A stretch of DNA of 64,000 bases from an uncultured Verrucomicrobiae bacterium (GTDB taxonomy: Bacteria; Verrucomicrobiota; Verrucomicrobiia; Limisphaerales; UBA11358), in assembly GCA_963755455.1 (NCBI GenBank), contig CAVWJH010000001.1:146864-210863 (forward strand). Direction: 5' to 3'. Below, in pieces: positions 27,627-37,163 of the stretch (position 1 is its first letter; each line of letters starts with the position of its first letter). Position numbers and translations under genes: made by a program. The notes beneath the pieces are model-generated. The model searched no databases. It saw nothing but the letters and a program-made list of their open reading frames with translations, and had not been told where the DNA came from.

Positions 27627-27713
27627 TTGTTGCCATTGCTGTGGCCTTACTCCTTTTTGGTTATTTTTGTTTGCAGTGGTTCATGGAAATTTCTGCGGCC
27701 TTGGGTGCAGAAT

Positions 27714-28961
27714 TCAGTTTTTCAAAGCATTTAGCTTCATTTCGGCACTATTATACTCGAAATAACCGGTTTCAGGATAACCCACCTGTCCCATATCAAC
27801 GCATTTTTGGAGAAAATATATTGCGCCGCTCTTATCTCCGGCAATCAAGCGTTTCATTCCCGCATAATAATAAGCCATGCGAAGGTCTTGCTTTTGAATT
27901 ATTTGAGATAAAGCCGAATTGGTTGCAGACCGGAAAAAATCATTTTCAGAAATTAAGTTTGCAAGAAGTTCGTCAATCAAAGCAAACGAAAATGGCAGTG
28001 GCTCGCCTCGGGTATCTGACTGCATCTTAATCTCCCTATATTCCGAAGTGTTGGTAAATCGCCTCATTTCATCGGTCACTTCTTTTTGCTCGCCCAACTG
28101 TATGCGAATCAAGGTCACACGATTTTTGATGAAAGGTTCGGAACTTATTTCCTCTGCTTTATTAAAATTCGTTAGTGCTGGTCGCAATTCTGACAAATCA
28201 TTTTGCATCAAGGCAAGCATATCGTAGCTTGCTCCATTTTTTGGATTCAGTTCAATCGCCTTTGTGAAATCGCCAATCGCTCCGCTGTAATTTTTGGAAC
28301 TTCGCCTTAAAATGCCGCGTAAATCATAATAAAAGGAATTTCTAGGGTCTAACTCGATGGCTTTGTCCAGATCGGCAATTGCCCCAGTCAAATCTGCGTG
28401 CAATCTAAAATATATTGTAAAGCCACGGCTATAGTAGGCCGCTGCGTTTGTGGGATTGAATTCAATGGATTTTGTAAAGTCTGCAACAGCCCCATCATAA
28501 TCATTAAGGCGTAACTCCAAATTGGCCCGCAAGCCGTAGGGGTCATTGGGATTTTTAGGATTTAATTTAATCGCCATGCCATAGTCAACGATAGCATTTG
28601 TATAATCACCAATTTGCTCTTCTGCGTAACCGCGATGTAAGTAAGCACTGTCATTTGTTGGGTTTAATTTTATTGACTCTATAAAGTCATTGATTGCGAC
28701 ATCGAAATGTTTCAAATGGATCATCGCGCAGCCTCGAAGATAAATGGATTCGGCGGATTTCGGATCCAACTTACTGGCACGGTTGCAATCATCCAGTGCG
28801 CCGGCAAAATCTCCGGCGTCATCCTTGGCGCGTGCTGAGTGGTCAAGTGATTTAACTTCTTTCGACACATCAGTCCGTGAGCATGAAGAAAGAAGAACCA
28901 ATGCGGATAGTAAAATTACGCATATTGTCTTTTGAAAAATCGTCGTCACTTTGACAGGCAA
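27714..28961 (-). CDS. TPR-repeat lipoprotein, low GC
   Basis: LLSSC lipobox. About 7 TPR units (AINDFIESIKLNPTNDSAYLHRGYA; AIVDYGMAIKLNPKN; AVADFTKSIEFNPTNAAAYYSRG; AIADLDKAIELDPRN; AIGDFTKAIELNPKN) plus a ~140-aa unrecognised C-terminal region. Confidence 0.85.
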   Translation of the reverse strand: MPVKVTTIFQKTICVILLSALVLLSSCSRTDVSKEVKSLDHSARAKDDAGDFAGALDDCNRASKLDPKSAESIYLRGCAMIHLKHFDVAINDFIESIKLNPTNDSAYLHRGYAEEQIGDYTNAIVDYGMAIKLNPKNPNDPYGLRANLELRLNDYDGAVADFTKSIEFNPTNAAAYYSRGFTIYFRLHADLTGAIADLDKAIELDPRNSFYYDLRGILRRSSKNYSGAIGDFTKAIELNPKNGASYDMLALMQNDLSELRPALTNFNKAEEISSEPFIKNRVTLIRIQLGEQKEVTDEMRRFTNTSEYREIKMQSDTRGEPLPFSFALIDELLANLISENDFFRSATNSALSQIIQKQDLRMAYYYAGMKRLIAGDKSGAIYFLQKCVDMGQVGYPETGYFEYNSAEMKLNALKN

Positions 28962-29030
28962 TTTAATAATTAGTCCTTAATAATTTCGCAAAGACACGCG
29001 CTGCTTCTATTTGCGGACTTTCAATTGAAC

Positions 29031-31091
29031 TCAAGCCGCCGTGGCAATGCCCGAATCCACCGGCAGCAGGACGCGCACGATGCCAGGCTGGCCCGGCTGC
29101 GGCGGGACGATCTCCAGCTTGCCGTGGTGCGTCTCGATGATTTTGCGGCTGACGGTCAGGCCGAGTCCTAGCCCCACGGCGCGCGTGGTGAAAAATGGCG
29201 ACGGCACTTTTTCGGCGGCCTCGGCGGTGAACCCGTCGCCGTTGTCCTGAACCTCAATCTCCAGATTCTGTTTCCCGTCGTCGCCGGCCGCCAGCCGCAG
29301 GCGCACGAGGATTTTCGGCTCCTTGGGATTCGCCTGAAGCGCGTTCAGGATGATTTCCGACAGCGCGTGCTTGAGCGCGGCACGGTCGCCGGTGATGACG
29401 ACCGGCTTGCCGCCATCTTCAATCTGCAACTTCGCGTTTTCGGCGGGCAGATGCTTGCGCGCCTCCTGATAAGATTCGTTGACGAGTTCGCCGACGGAGA
29501 CCGCCTCCTGTTCGATGTGGCCTTCGCGCGCGAGAAAACGCATCTGGCTGACCAGCCGCGAGACGCGCTTGACGCCGTCGGCAAGCGCGTGGTCGAGCGA
29601 TTCGCGGAATTCCTTGTCCTTGTATTTTTCCACGAGCAACTGCTGGTGCGTGGAGAGCGGAACCATCGCGTTGCCGATCTCGTGCGCCATGCGGTCGGCC
29701 ATGGAGCGGATGAGCCGCAGGTTCGCGGCCTCGGCCTCGAGGTTCCGCAACTGTTCGGCCTGCGTGAGGTCGTCGGCGGTGAGCAGCGCGGAAATCGGCA
29801 CGGTGGAATTCGCGCGCTGAAACGGCACGACGCTGATGCTGTAAATCGTGCCGGGCGCATTTTCCGGCTCGTAACGATACGGACCCATCACCGCGCCGGT
29901 TTTAAGAACCTGGTAAATTTTCGCGCCGAGCGCCTGCGGCAAATCGCTGAATTCCAAGCCGCCGGTCTGCTTGTTTTTGTGGCCGAAATGCCGCCGCGCC
30001 GCCTTGTTCGCGTGCAACACTTTCAAATCGCGCCCGACGACGATGCACGCGCTGCTCAATTCGCGCAGCACGTCGGTCATCATCTCGTGGTTTTCGGAAA
30101 GCTGGTCGTGCAGCCAGATGTTGCCCATGCCGAGGCCGACCTGTCCGAGCAGATGGAAAATCAATTCCAATTCCGCATTCGTCAGCGGCTCGCCCGTCAC
30201 GCGCCCGTCGAAAACGGCGACGCCGATGATGGTCTCGCGGTTGAGGATCGGCACGGCGACCTGCGCGCGGAGCAGTTCAAATTCCTTTTGCGCCTCGACA
30301 TCCGCGCGCGCCTCGTCGCTGTCGCGGCGCAGAATCCGGCCAAGCCGCGCAAGCTGTCCGCCGATGCCGGAGTCCAGCGACAGTTCAAAATGTTCGAGCA
30401 GCCCGGACGCAAGCCCGATGGCGGCGGCGGAACGCAGCGATTTTGTGTCGTCCGGCGAAAAATTCTCGGCCATTGGCGAGAACGGACGGTTCAGGAAAAT
30501 CGCCGCGCGGTTGACGCTCAAGATTTCACGCAGGAACATCAGGAATTGCTTCAGCATCGCCTCCGCGTCGAGCGAGTGCGTGAGGATGGACGAGAAATCG
30601 CGCAGCACGTCGAGCGTGTGCTCCGCGTTGACGAACCGCTCGGCCGGGGAAATCTCCTGCTGGCGGAACGGCGGCATTTGCGACGGTGAAACCGGAGGCG
30701 GTTGCGACGGGCGCGAAGCCGTTTGCGGCGATGGCGCGCTTTCGGTGCGTTCCAGCAGCGACGCCAGCAGCCGCGTGCGGACGGGTTTTGTCAGGATGTG
30801 CGTGAGGCCGTGCAGAAACGCCTCCTCTTCCCACGCCGACTCGCTGTAGGCGGTGTAGGCGATGATGGCGCACTTGGGATCGCGGCGGCGGAGACGTTCG
30901 ATGACCCAGACCAGCTCCACGTCCATCATGTCCGTGTCGAGGATGCACGCGGCGACCAGGCCGTGGACGAGCAACGGCTCGGCCTCGTCCACGTTGAGCC
31001 GGTGGACGACGCGGTATTGCTCGGGACTCAACCCCGCGCGTATCGTCTCTGCGAAGGCGGGATGATTGGACAATGCCAGGATCGTTTTCAT
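29031..31091 (-). CDS. Sensor histidine kinase with N-terminal receiver-like domain, GAF and PAS-like regions
   Basis: N-terminus ...ACILDTDM...IIAYTAY...ILTKP, lacking the N-terminal acidic pair. H-box MADRMAHEIGNAMVPL. N/G boxes IILNALQA, VQDNGDGF, GLGLGLTVSRKI. Confidence 0.85.
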   Translation of the reverse strand: MKTILALSNHPAFAETIRAGLSPEQYRVVHRLNVDEAEPLLVHGLVAACILDTDMMDVELVWVIERLRRRDPKCAIIAYTAYSESAWEEEAFLHGLTHILTKPVRTRLLASLLERTESAPSPQTASRPSQPPPVSPSQMPPFRQQEISPAERFVNAEHTLDVLRDFSSILTHSLDAEAMLKQFLMFLREILSVNRAAIFLNRPFSPMAENFSPDDTKSLRSAAAIGLASGLLEHFELSLDSGIGGQLARLGRILRRDSDEARADVEAQKEFELLRAQVAVPILNRETIIGVAVFDGRVTGEPLTNAELELIFHLLGQVGLGMGNIWLHDQLSENHEMMTDVLRELSSACIVVGRDLKVLHANKAARRHFGHKNKQTGGLEFSDLPQALGAKIYQVLKTGAVMGPYRYEPENAPGTIYSISVVPFQRANSTVPISALLTADDLTQAEQLRNLEAEAANLRLIRSMADRMAHEIGNAMVPLSTHQQLLVEKYKDKEFRESLDHALADGVKRVSRLVSQMRFLAREGHIEQEAVSVGELVNESYQEARKHLPAENAKLQIEDGGKPVVITGDRAALKHALSEIILNALQANPKEPKILVRLRLAAGDDGKQNLEIEVQDNGDGFTAEAAEKVPSPFFTTRAVGLGLGLTVSRKIIETHHGKLEIVPPQPGQPGIVRVLLPVDSGIATAA

Positions 31092-31225
31092 CGCGTTCCG
31101 AATTTACGGCGACTGTTCTCGAATGCCGTTACTAGCCGTCTAGTTTCCACACCCACGCGAAAAGGTCAATGCAATCTTGTTACGGCAATGTTAATTTTCA
31201 AACGATCCTGCCAATTTCAGGCAAA

Positions 31226-32170
31226 TCAGCCTCCCATCGTGTCAACCGAAGTCATCCGGCGGATTTCCAGTTCGTCGTAGCGCCTTTGGATTGAAGGCAG
31301 CGTCAGCGAAAAAACCAGCGTGAGAATGACTCCGGGCAGGAGCAGCGCATACCAGACGGCGTAAGGCTGGCTGGACACGACGGCGGCAAATCCCGCAATC
31401 GTCAGCAGAATTCCCAGCGCGATGAAAATTTTCATCGTGGTCAGGACGAAACTGCGCGCTTTGCCTTTTGAGGCAAGCAAGCCGAGCAGCGCGCCAAAGC
31501 AGCCGATGACCGAACCGCCGATTCCGCCGATCAAGCCGATTTGTTCCGGAGACCACCAACTGCCTGAGACTCCAAAAAATCTTATCGGGCGAAGATAAAC
31601 TGTTCCGGTGGATGGCAAAAAGATTTCAAGTTTTAATTCATCGGAGCGAGTTTGATTGTCATAAGGTGCGCGACGAAGGCTGAAATAATATTTGTCCCAA
31701 TTTTGTGTGCCATCAAAGTAGTCGCCATGATAATTGGTGATATTGTCTCCGCCTGCCGCTTGTGGAGGAAATTTTTCAAAAAAGCAGACGTTTGGATAAT
31801 TGGTGGAATTGTCCACGCCGAAAAGCTCGTTATCTAAAGATGTGAAAAACATTTGAGGTGGCAAACGGAAACCATTAGGTAAACGAACGTTCTCGCATTT
31901 CATTTCCCACTCAATTGTGTTCGCCTTTTGAATCAATGACGAATTTGTAATCGTCAAAAGTAAAACTTTCAACGGCTTGTCGTTAGTATTCTCAATTTTC
32001 AAAATGGATATGCCGTCCATCGAAACGATCTGACAGTTGGTGAATTGCACCGACAAATCTTTCCAATTATAAACGTGCAAGGTTTTTGGCAGTTGGCGCG
32101 GAGACGATTCCTGCGCCATCGCTGATGAAATGAGCAGCAGCAACAAGTTCAGTTGAATTAACCTTTTCAT
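31226..32170 (-). CDS. Uncharacterised membrane protein: signal peptide, ~190-aa extracytoplasmic domain, three C-terminal TM helices; low GC
   Basis: MKRLIQLNLLLLLISSAMAQ; TM candidates IGLIGGIGGSVIGCFGALLGLLA, IFIALGILLTIAGFAAVV, VWYALLLPGVILTLVFSLTL. ATGA overlap with the upstream ORF. Confidence 0.7.
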   Translation of the reverse strand: MKRLIQLNLLLLLISSAMAQESSPRQLPKTLHVYNWKDLSVQFTNCQIVSMDGISILKIENTNDKPLKVLLLTITNSSLIQKANTIEWEMKCENVRLPNGFRLPPQMFFTSLDNELFGVDNSTNYPNVCFFEKFPPQAAGGDNITNYHGDYFDGTQNWDKYYFSLRRAPYDNQTRSDELKLEIFLPSTGTVYLRPIRFFGVSGSWWSPEQIGLIGGIGGSVIGCFGALLGLLASKGKARSFVLTTMKIFIALGILLTIAGFAAVVSSQPYAVWYALLLPGVILTLVFSLTLPSIQRRYDELEIRRMTSVDTMGG

Positions 32171-32472
32171 TTTGTTCCTTTCTTTTGGTTTTGATAGGCG
32201 GTCAGAAGTTTTTTGAAAACCTGCGAGTCCAGCTTGCCGTCGGCAAAGTGCGCGCGGAGCTGGCGCTCGAAATCGTCGTCAATCTTCTGGCTGTCGAGGA
32301 TTTTGATCTTCTCAATCAGCCGGTCCAGCCGCAGCCGGAGCGTCGGATAGGAAACATTGTAGGCGTCCGCCAAATCCTTGAGCGAGCCGGAAAACAGGAT
32401 GAACCGCTTGACGAAGGCCACGTCCTCGTCTTCAAGAAAATTCATCCAATGCTTTTTGTCGGGATCGCTCAT
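32167..32472 (-). CDS. Small HTH protein resembling the C-terminal half of DUF2089 (no zinc ribbon)
   Basis: LEDEDVAFVKRFILFSGSLKDLADAYNVSYPTLRLRLDRLIEKI resembles the DUF2089 pattern (..FI..FL...GN(I/L)KE.....(I/V)SYPT(V/L)R.RLD). This call is from memory. Confidence 0.55.
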   Translation of the reverse strand: MSDPDKKHWMNFLEDEDVAFVKRFILFSGSLKDLADAYNVSYPTLRLRLDRLIEKIKILDSQKIDDDFERQLRAHFADGKLDSQVFKKLLTAYQNQKKGTK

Positions 32473-32588
32473 TTAATAAAATTCAATCGTTCTTTCGTTT
32501 TATACAACTAAACAAAGTTAAAGTCAACATAAATTTTATTAAAAAGACGCGGCACAATTTAAGGCTGCATTGGGCGGGAATTTGCCCG

Positions 32589-33344
32589 ATGATGCCTTCC
32601 ATGATTCGCCTTGATCAAGCGCTGGTGGAACGCGGCCTTTGCGAAAGCCGCGAACGCGCCAAGCGCGCCATCCTCGCCGGACAAGTCCGCGTCAATTCCC
32701 AGACCGCGCGCAAGGCCAGCGATTCCGTCAAGGCCGGAGATGAAATTTCCCTGGCCGCGCCGGAAAAATTCGTCAGCCGCGGCGGGCACAAGCTCGAACA
32801 CGCGCTCAAGCATTTTCAACTGGACGTTGCCGGAATGACTGCGATTGACATCGGCGCGTCAACCGGCGGTTTCACGGACTGCCTTTTGCAACATGGCGCG
32901 GCGAAAGTTTTTGCAATTGACGTTGGCCAAGGCCAGCTTGCATGGAAACTGCGCAAGGACAAGCGCGTCGTCGTCATGGAAAAAACCAACGCGCGGCATT
33001 TGAAGCCGGGGCAAATGCCGGAAACATTTTCGCCCGCCGACCTAGTGGTGATTGACTGCTCGTTCATTTCGCTGCGAAACATTTTGCCAGCGGCGGTTGC
33101 TTTGTTAAAATCAAACGGCAAAATCGTGGCGCTCGTCAAACCGCAGTTCGAGGCCGGCAGGGCCGAGGCGGACAAGGGCCGGGGCGTCATCACGGATTCC
33201 GCCGTGCATGAGCGGGTGCTGAAGGAACTGGAAAATTTTGCCGCCGCGCAAAAAAATCTGGCCTGGCGCGGCGTGGTGGAATCGCCGCTGACCGGCCCGG
33301 CGGGCAACAAGGAATTTTTGGCATTGATTGAAAGAACAAGCTGA
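32589..33344 (+). CDS. tlyA: TlyA family 16S/23S rRNA (cytidine-2'-O)-methyltransferase
   Basis: IRLDQALVERGLCESRERAKRAILAGQVRVN (S4 domain)...VSRGGHKLEHAL...AIDIGASTGGFTDCLLQHGAAKVFAIDVG...LVKPQFE. Confidence 0.85.
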   Translation: MMPSMIRLDQALVERGLCESRERAKRAILAGQVRVNSQTARKASDSVKAGDEISLAAPEKFVSRGGHKLEHALKHFQLDVAGMTAIDIGASTGGFTDCLLQHGAAKVFAIDVGQGQLAWKLRKDKRVVVMEKTNARHLKPGQMPETFSPADLVVIDCSFISLRNILPAAVALLKSNGKIVALVKPQFEAGRAEADKGRGVITDSAVHERVLKELENFAAAQKNLAWRGVVESPLTGPAGNKEFLALIERTS

Positions 33345-34170
33345 CAAAATAAAACGCATCGGGCTGATCGGTAATACTGGCAAGGCCGCGTGCGCCCAAA
33401 TCGTCCGCAAGGCCGCGCGGCTCATCGAGGCCGCCGGGCGCAAGGCTGTCGTGGACGGTGACATCGCGACACTCGCGCGCGGGTCGGACTTGCTGCTGGT
33501 TTTCGGCGGCGACGGCACGATGCTGCGCGCCGCGCGCGACATCGCCGGGTCGCCCACGCCGATTCTCGGCATCAACATCGGCGGCCTCGGTTTTCTCACC
33601 GCCCTGCCGTCAGGCAAGCTCGCGCACGCGCTGGAACAAATCTGGAGCGGCAATTTCAAATTTGAATCGCGCGCGTTGATTGAGGCCGTCGGCGTCTGCA
33701 ACGGGGAAAAAATCCACGAAACCGCGCTCAACGACATTGTCGTCAGCCGCGGCGCGGTGTCGCGGCTCATCACGCTGGACGTGGGCGTGGACGGCGAGCT
33801 GATCACGCGCTACCGCTGCGACGGGCTGATCATCAGTTCGCCGACCGGCTCGACGGCGTATTCGCTTTCGGCGGGTGGCGCGGTGTTGTTGCCGACGGCG
33901 GAAGTTTTTGCGCTCACGCCGATCTGCCCGCACGCGCTGTCGAACCGTTCCATCATTCTGCCGCTGTCCTCGAAAATTTCCGTGAAGGCCGTCAGCCCGC
34001 ATCCCGCGACGATTTTGAGCGTGGACGGCCAGGTTGTCGCGGAGCTTGACGCGGATGATGAAGTCACCATCCGCCGCAGCCGCCGCAAAATCCGTTTGAT
34101 GCACCTGGCGGACAATTCTTTTCTGGAGGCGCTGCGCCGGAAGCTGCAATGGCGCGGGGCGTATCTCTGA
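33328..34170 (+). CDS. nadK: NAD(+) kinase
   Basis: DLLLVFGGDGTMLRAAR...GINIGGLGFLT...NDIVV...YRCDGLIISSPTGSTAYSLSAGG. TTG start, overlapping the tlyA end. Confidence 0.85.
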   Translation: MKEQADKIKRIGLIGNTGKAACAQIVRKAARLIEAAGRKAVVDGDIATLARGSDLLLVFGGDGTMLRAARDIAGSPTPILGINIGGLGFLTALPSGKLAHALEQIWSGNFKFESRALIEAVGVCNGEKIHETALNDIVVSRGAVSRLITLDVGVDGELITRYRCDGLIISSPTGSTAYSLSAGGAVLLPTAEVFALTPICPHALSNRSIILPLSSKISVKAVSPHPATILSVDGQVVAELDADDEVTIRRSRRKIRLMHLADNSFLEALRRKLQWRGAYL

Positions 34171-34254
34171 AATGAAAAATGCGAAATTAAAAATTAAAAA
34201 TGGCCGCCAACGAACCGTGGCCGCATTCATTTTGCATTTTTAATTTTTAATTTC
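34171..34254. repeat. AT-rich heptamer-periodic hairpin (AAATTAA units) between nadK and the LacI gene
   Basis: aatgaaaaatgcgaaattaaaaattaaaaatg / ggccgccaacgaaccgtggccg / cattcattttgcatttttaatttttaatttc. Confidence 0.8.
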
Positions 34255-34262
34255 TTATTCCC

Positions 34263-35279
34263 ATGGTCCGACTCAAAGACATTGCCCGGCACGCCGCCGT
34301 TTCCGTGATGACGGTCTCGAAGGCGCTGCGCGACGCGCCGGACGTTTCCGCCGCGACGAAGGCCAGGATCAAACTGCTCGCGCAGCAGATGGGCTACGTC
34401 CCGGATTCCAGCGCGCAGGGCTTGCGGACGAAGACGACGAAACTTTTCGGCCTCGTCATCCCGTCCATCACAAACCCGATTTACGCGCGGATCGTTTTTG
34501 CAATTGAAGAGCGTGCGCACGATCTCGGCTACGACGTGCTGCTCGGCCATTCGCTCAACAAGCCGGAGCGCGAGGAGCATTGCATCCGCCATTTTCTTTC
34601 GCGGCGCGTGGACGGGCTTTTCATTTCGCCGGTTTATCGTTTTGAGGCCGAGGCGCGGATTTACCAGGAAATTCTGGCGCGCAACACGCCGACGGTTTTG
34701 CTCGGCTCACCCGCGCCGTTCTGCAAAAATTTTCCGAGCGTCGAGATTGATGAACTCATCGCTAGCTACAATGTGACGCAGCATTTGTTGAAGCTCGGCC
34801 ACAAGCGAATCGCCTATTTCACCGGTCCGCAGGTTGCGCCGTGGGCGCACGAGCGCTTCAACGGCTACCGCCGCGCGCTGCGCGAGGCCGGGATGGACGT
34901 GGACGACAAGCTGATTTTCCAGTCCGGCAACACGATTGAGGACGGCACGAACACCGCGCTACAGATGCTTAATGAAAATTGCAACGCGACCGCAGTGCAG
35001 GCCGTCAGCGATCTCGTGGCCATCGGCTGCGCGGACGCGCTGCTCTCGCAGGGGTTGAAAATTCCAGAGGACATTTCCGTCGTCGGCTTTGGAAACATTC
35101 TGACCTCGGCACATTTCCGCGTGCCGCTGACGACGGTGCGCCAGCCGAAATTCCGGCTGGGCATCGCCGCCGTGGAGATGATGACGGGCTTGATTCGCGG
35201 CGAGCCTGTCCAGTCCAGACGCCTGCCCGCCGAACTGCTTGAACGGAAAAGTTCCGCGCCGCCAGCCACTCTGCATTGA
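34263..35279 (+). CDS. LacI family transcriptional regulator
   Basis: VRLKDIARHAAVSVMTVSKALRDAPDVSAATKARI (HTH), then a periplasmic-binding-like fold (FGLVIPSITNPIYA..., RIAYFTGP...). Confidence 0.9.
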   Translation: MVRLKDIARHAAVSVMTVSKALRDAPDVSAATKARIKLLAQQMGYVPDSSAQGLRTKTTKLFGLVIPSITNPIYARIVFAIEERAHDLGYDVLLGHSLNKPEREEHCIRHFLSRRVDGLFISPVYRFEAEARIYQEILARNTPTVLLGSPAPFCKNFPSVEIDELIASYNVTQHLLKLGHKRIAYFTGPQVAPWAHERFNGYRRALREAGMDVDDKLIFQSGNTIEDGTNTALQMLNENCNATAVQAVSDLVAIGCADALLSQGLKIPEDISVVGFGNILTSAHFRVPLTTVRQPKFRLGIAAVEMMTGLIRGEPVQSRRLPAELLERKSSAPPATLH

Positions 35280-35346
35280 CATTTGGCGGATAAGATGAAA
35301 ACTTCTCTGCGCGTTCCAGAATAAAAAACATTTGCTGTAAAACATT

Positions 35347-37056
35347 GTGGCGGAAAAAGACGATTATCTGTTGGATCTGCTGGTTGACCTCGGCTTCACA
35401 AACGCCGGGGAGGTCGCCAAGGCGCGTGCGGAGGCCGGAGCGGCCAACGTGGGCGTGGTGGACTTTCTTGTCGCCAACAAAATCATCCGCCCGACGGACG
35501 TGGCGCAGGCCAAGGCCGCGCAGTTCGGCGCGGAAGTCGTCCACCTCGGCGCGATGCAAATCGAGGACGACGTCATCTCCATCATCCCTCGCAACGTCGC
35601 AAAAAAATACCGCGTCATCCCGCTCTTCAAAGCCGACGGAAAAGTCGCCGTCGCCCTCGCCGACCCCTCCGACCTCAACACCATAGATTCTCTGACACAC
35701 CTGCTCGGCGCGGAAGTTGAAGTGCGCGTCGCCTCCGAACCCGACATCGAAGCCGCGCTCGGCAAGTATTACGGCGGCGAGAAAAAGCGCGTGGACGACG
35801 GTGTCTTCAAGGACGTGATGCAAGAACTCACCGAGTCCGACGTCCACATCGGCGCGCTCGAAGACGACGGCGGCGCCATCGAGGCCGACGCCCCCCTCAT
35901 CCGGCTCGTCAACCAGATCATCACCGATGCCTTCAAACTGCGCGCCTCCGACATCCACCTCGAACCGATGGAAAAGCGCTTCCGCCTGCGCTACCGCATA
36001 GACGGAATGTTGCAGGAAATCAAAGCCCCGCCAAAACGGCTCCAGGCGGCCATCATCGCGCGGCTGAAAATCCAGTCGAACATGGTCATCTCCGAACACC
36101 GCATCCCGCAAGACGGACGCATCCAGACCAAAGCAGGAAACAAATTCATAGACCTGCGCGTTTCCTGCCTGCCCACCAACCACGGCGAAAGCATCGTCAT
36201 GCGCATCCTGGACAAGGAAGGACTGAAACTCGGCCTGCCCGAACTCGGATTTTTCCAGGACGACCAGCAGACATTTGAAAAAGTCATCGGTCTGCCCGAC
36301 GGCATCCTGCTCGTCACCGGACCTACCGGCTCTGGCAAGACCACCACACTTTACTCCTGCCTCCACTTCATCAACCGGCCCGACCGCAAAATCATCACCG
36401 TCGAAGACCCCGTCGAATACGTCCTGGCTGGCATCAACCAGGTGCAAGTCAGCGAACAGGTCGGCCTCACCTTCGCCGCCGCCCTGCGCGCCATATTACG
36501 CCAGGCACCCAACGTCGTCATGCTTGGGGAAATTCGCGACTTCGAGACCGCCTCCATTGCCATCAACGCCTCACTCACCGGGCACCTTGTTTTTTCCACC
36601 CTGCACACCAACGACGCGCCCGGTGCCGTCGCGCGCCTGGTTGACATGGGAGTAAAGCCATTTCTGGTCGCCTCCTCCACGCGCTGCCTTATGGCGCAAC
36701 GGCTCGTGCGCAAAGTGTGCAAGAAATGCGGGCAGGCCTACGCGCCCACGGAAAATGAAATGCGCGCCCTGCAACTCACGCCGGACATGATGAAGAGCGC
36801 CACGCCCATGAAAGGGAGCGGCTGCGGCAACTGCGGCAACACCGGCAACCGCGGACGCTTCGGCATCTTTGAAATTTTTCTGATAGACGACGAGGCTCGG
36901 AAATTGATTTACGACCGCGCACCCACGAGCGTGCTGCGCTCGCGCGCCCGCGAAATGGGGATGCGGACATTGCGCGAAGACGGCATCCGCAAAGTCCTTG
37001 CCGGCCTGACCACGCCCGATGAAGTCATCCGCGCCACCATCGGCGATGAAGCGTGA
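35347..37056 (+). CDS. pilB: Type IV pilus / T2SS assembly ATPase (PilB/GspE family), copy 1
   Basis: N-terminal T2SSE_N-like domain (LLDLLVDLGF...IPRNVAKKYRVIPL), [23 protein letters not shown] (Walker A), VMLGEIRD (Walker B region), LTGHLVFSTLHTND, and a tetracysteine CKKC...CGNCGNTG. Confidence 0.9.
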   Translation: MAEKDDYLLDLLVDLGFTNAGEVAKARAEAGAANVGVVDFLVANKIIRPTDVAQAKAAQFGAEVVHLGAMQIEDDVISIIPRNVAKKYRVIPLFKADGKVAVALADPSDLNTIDSLTHLLGAEVEVRVASEPDIEAALGKYYGGEKKRVDDGVFKDVMQELTESDVHIGALEDDGGAIEADAPLIRLVNQIITDAFKLRASDIHLEPMEKRFRLRYRIDGMLQEIKAPPKRLQAAIIARLKIQSNMVISEHRIPQDGRIQTKAGNKFIDLRVSCLPTNHGESIVMRILDKEGLKLGLPELGFFQDDQQTFEKVIGLPDGILLVTGPTGSGKTTTLYSCLHFINRPDRKIITVEDPVEYVLAGINQVQVSEQVGLTFAAALRAILRQAPNVVMLGEIRDFETASIAINASLTGHLVFSTLHTNDAPGAVARLVDMGVKPFLVASSTRCLMAQRLVRKVCKKCGQAYAPTENEMRALQLTPDMMKSATPMKGSGCGNCGNTGNRGRFGIFEIFLIDDEARKLIYDRAPTSVLRSRAREMGMRTLREDGIRKVLAGLTTPDEVIRATIGDEA

Positions 37057-37154
37057 TGACAAAAATGACCAAACCATAATGACGAATGACCAAAGAATTT
37101 CCAAATGTCCGAATGACAAACAAATTAGTCATTAGGATTTAGTAATTAGTCATT
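37055..37154. repeat. Heptamer-periodic arrays (AATGACC/AATGACG units and their partial complement TTAGTCATT) between pilB and pilT
   Basis: gatgacaaaaatgaccaaaccataatgacgaatgaccaaag ... aatgtccgaatgacaaacaa attagtcattaggatttagtaattagtcatt. Confidence 0.65.
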
Positions 37155-37163
37155 TTATTTTTT

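Noticed and set aside
26742-27713. Duplicate of the LysM-lipoprotein 3' end on the far side of the UPF0175/DUF3368 pair, as a fourth case of the cassette pattern
   Set aside because: Only a ~10-nt match (tcctgaaaat) was found, and it is in inverted orientation. That is consistent with chance.
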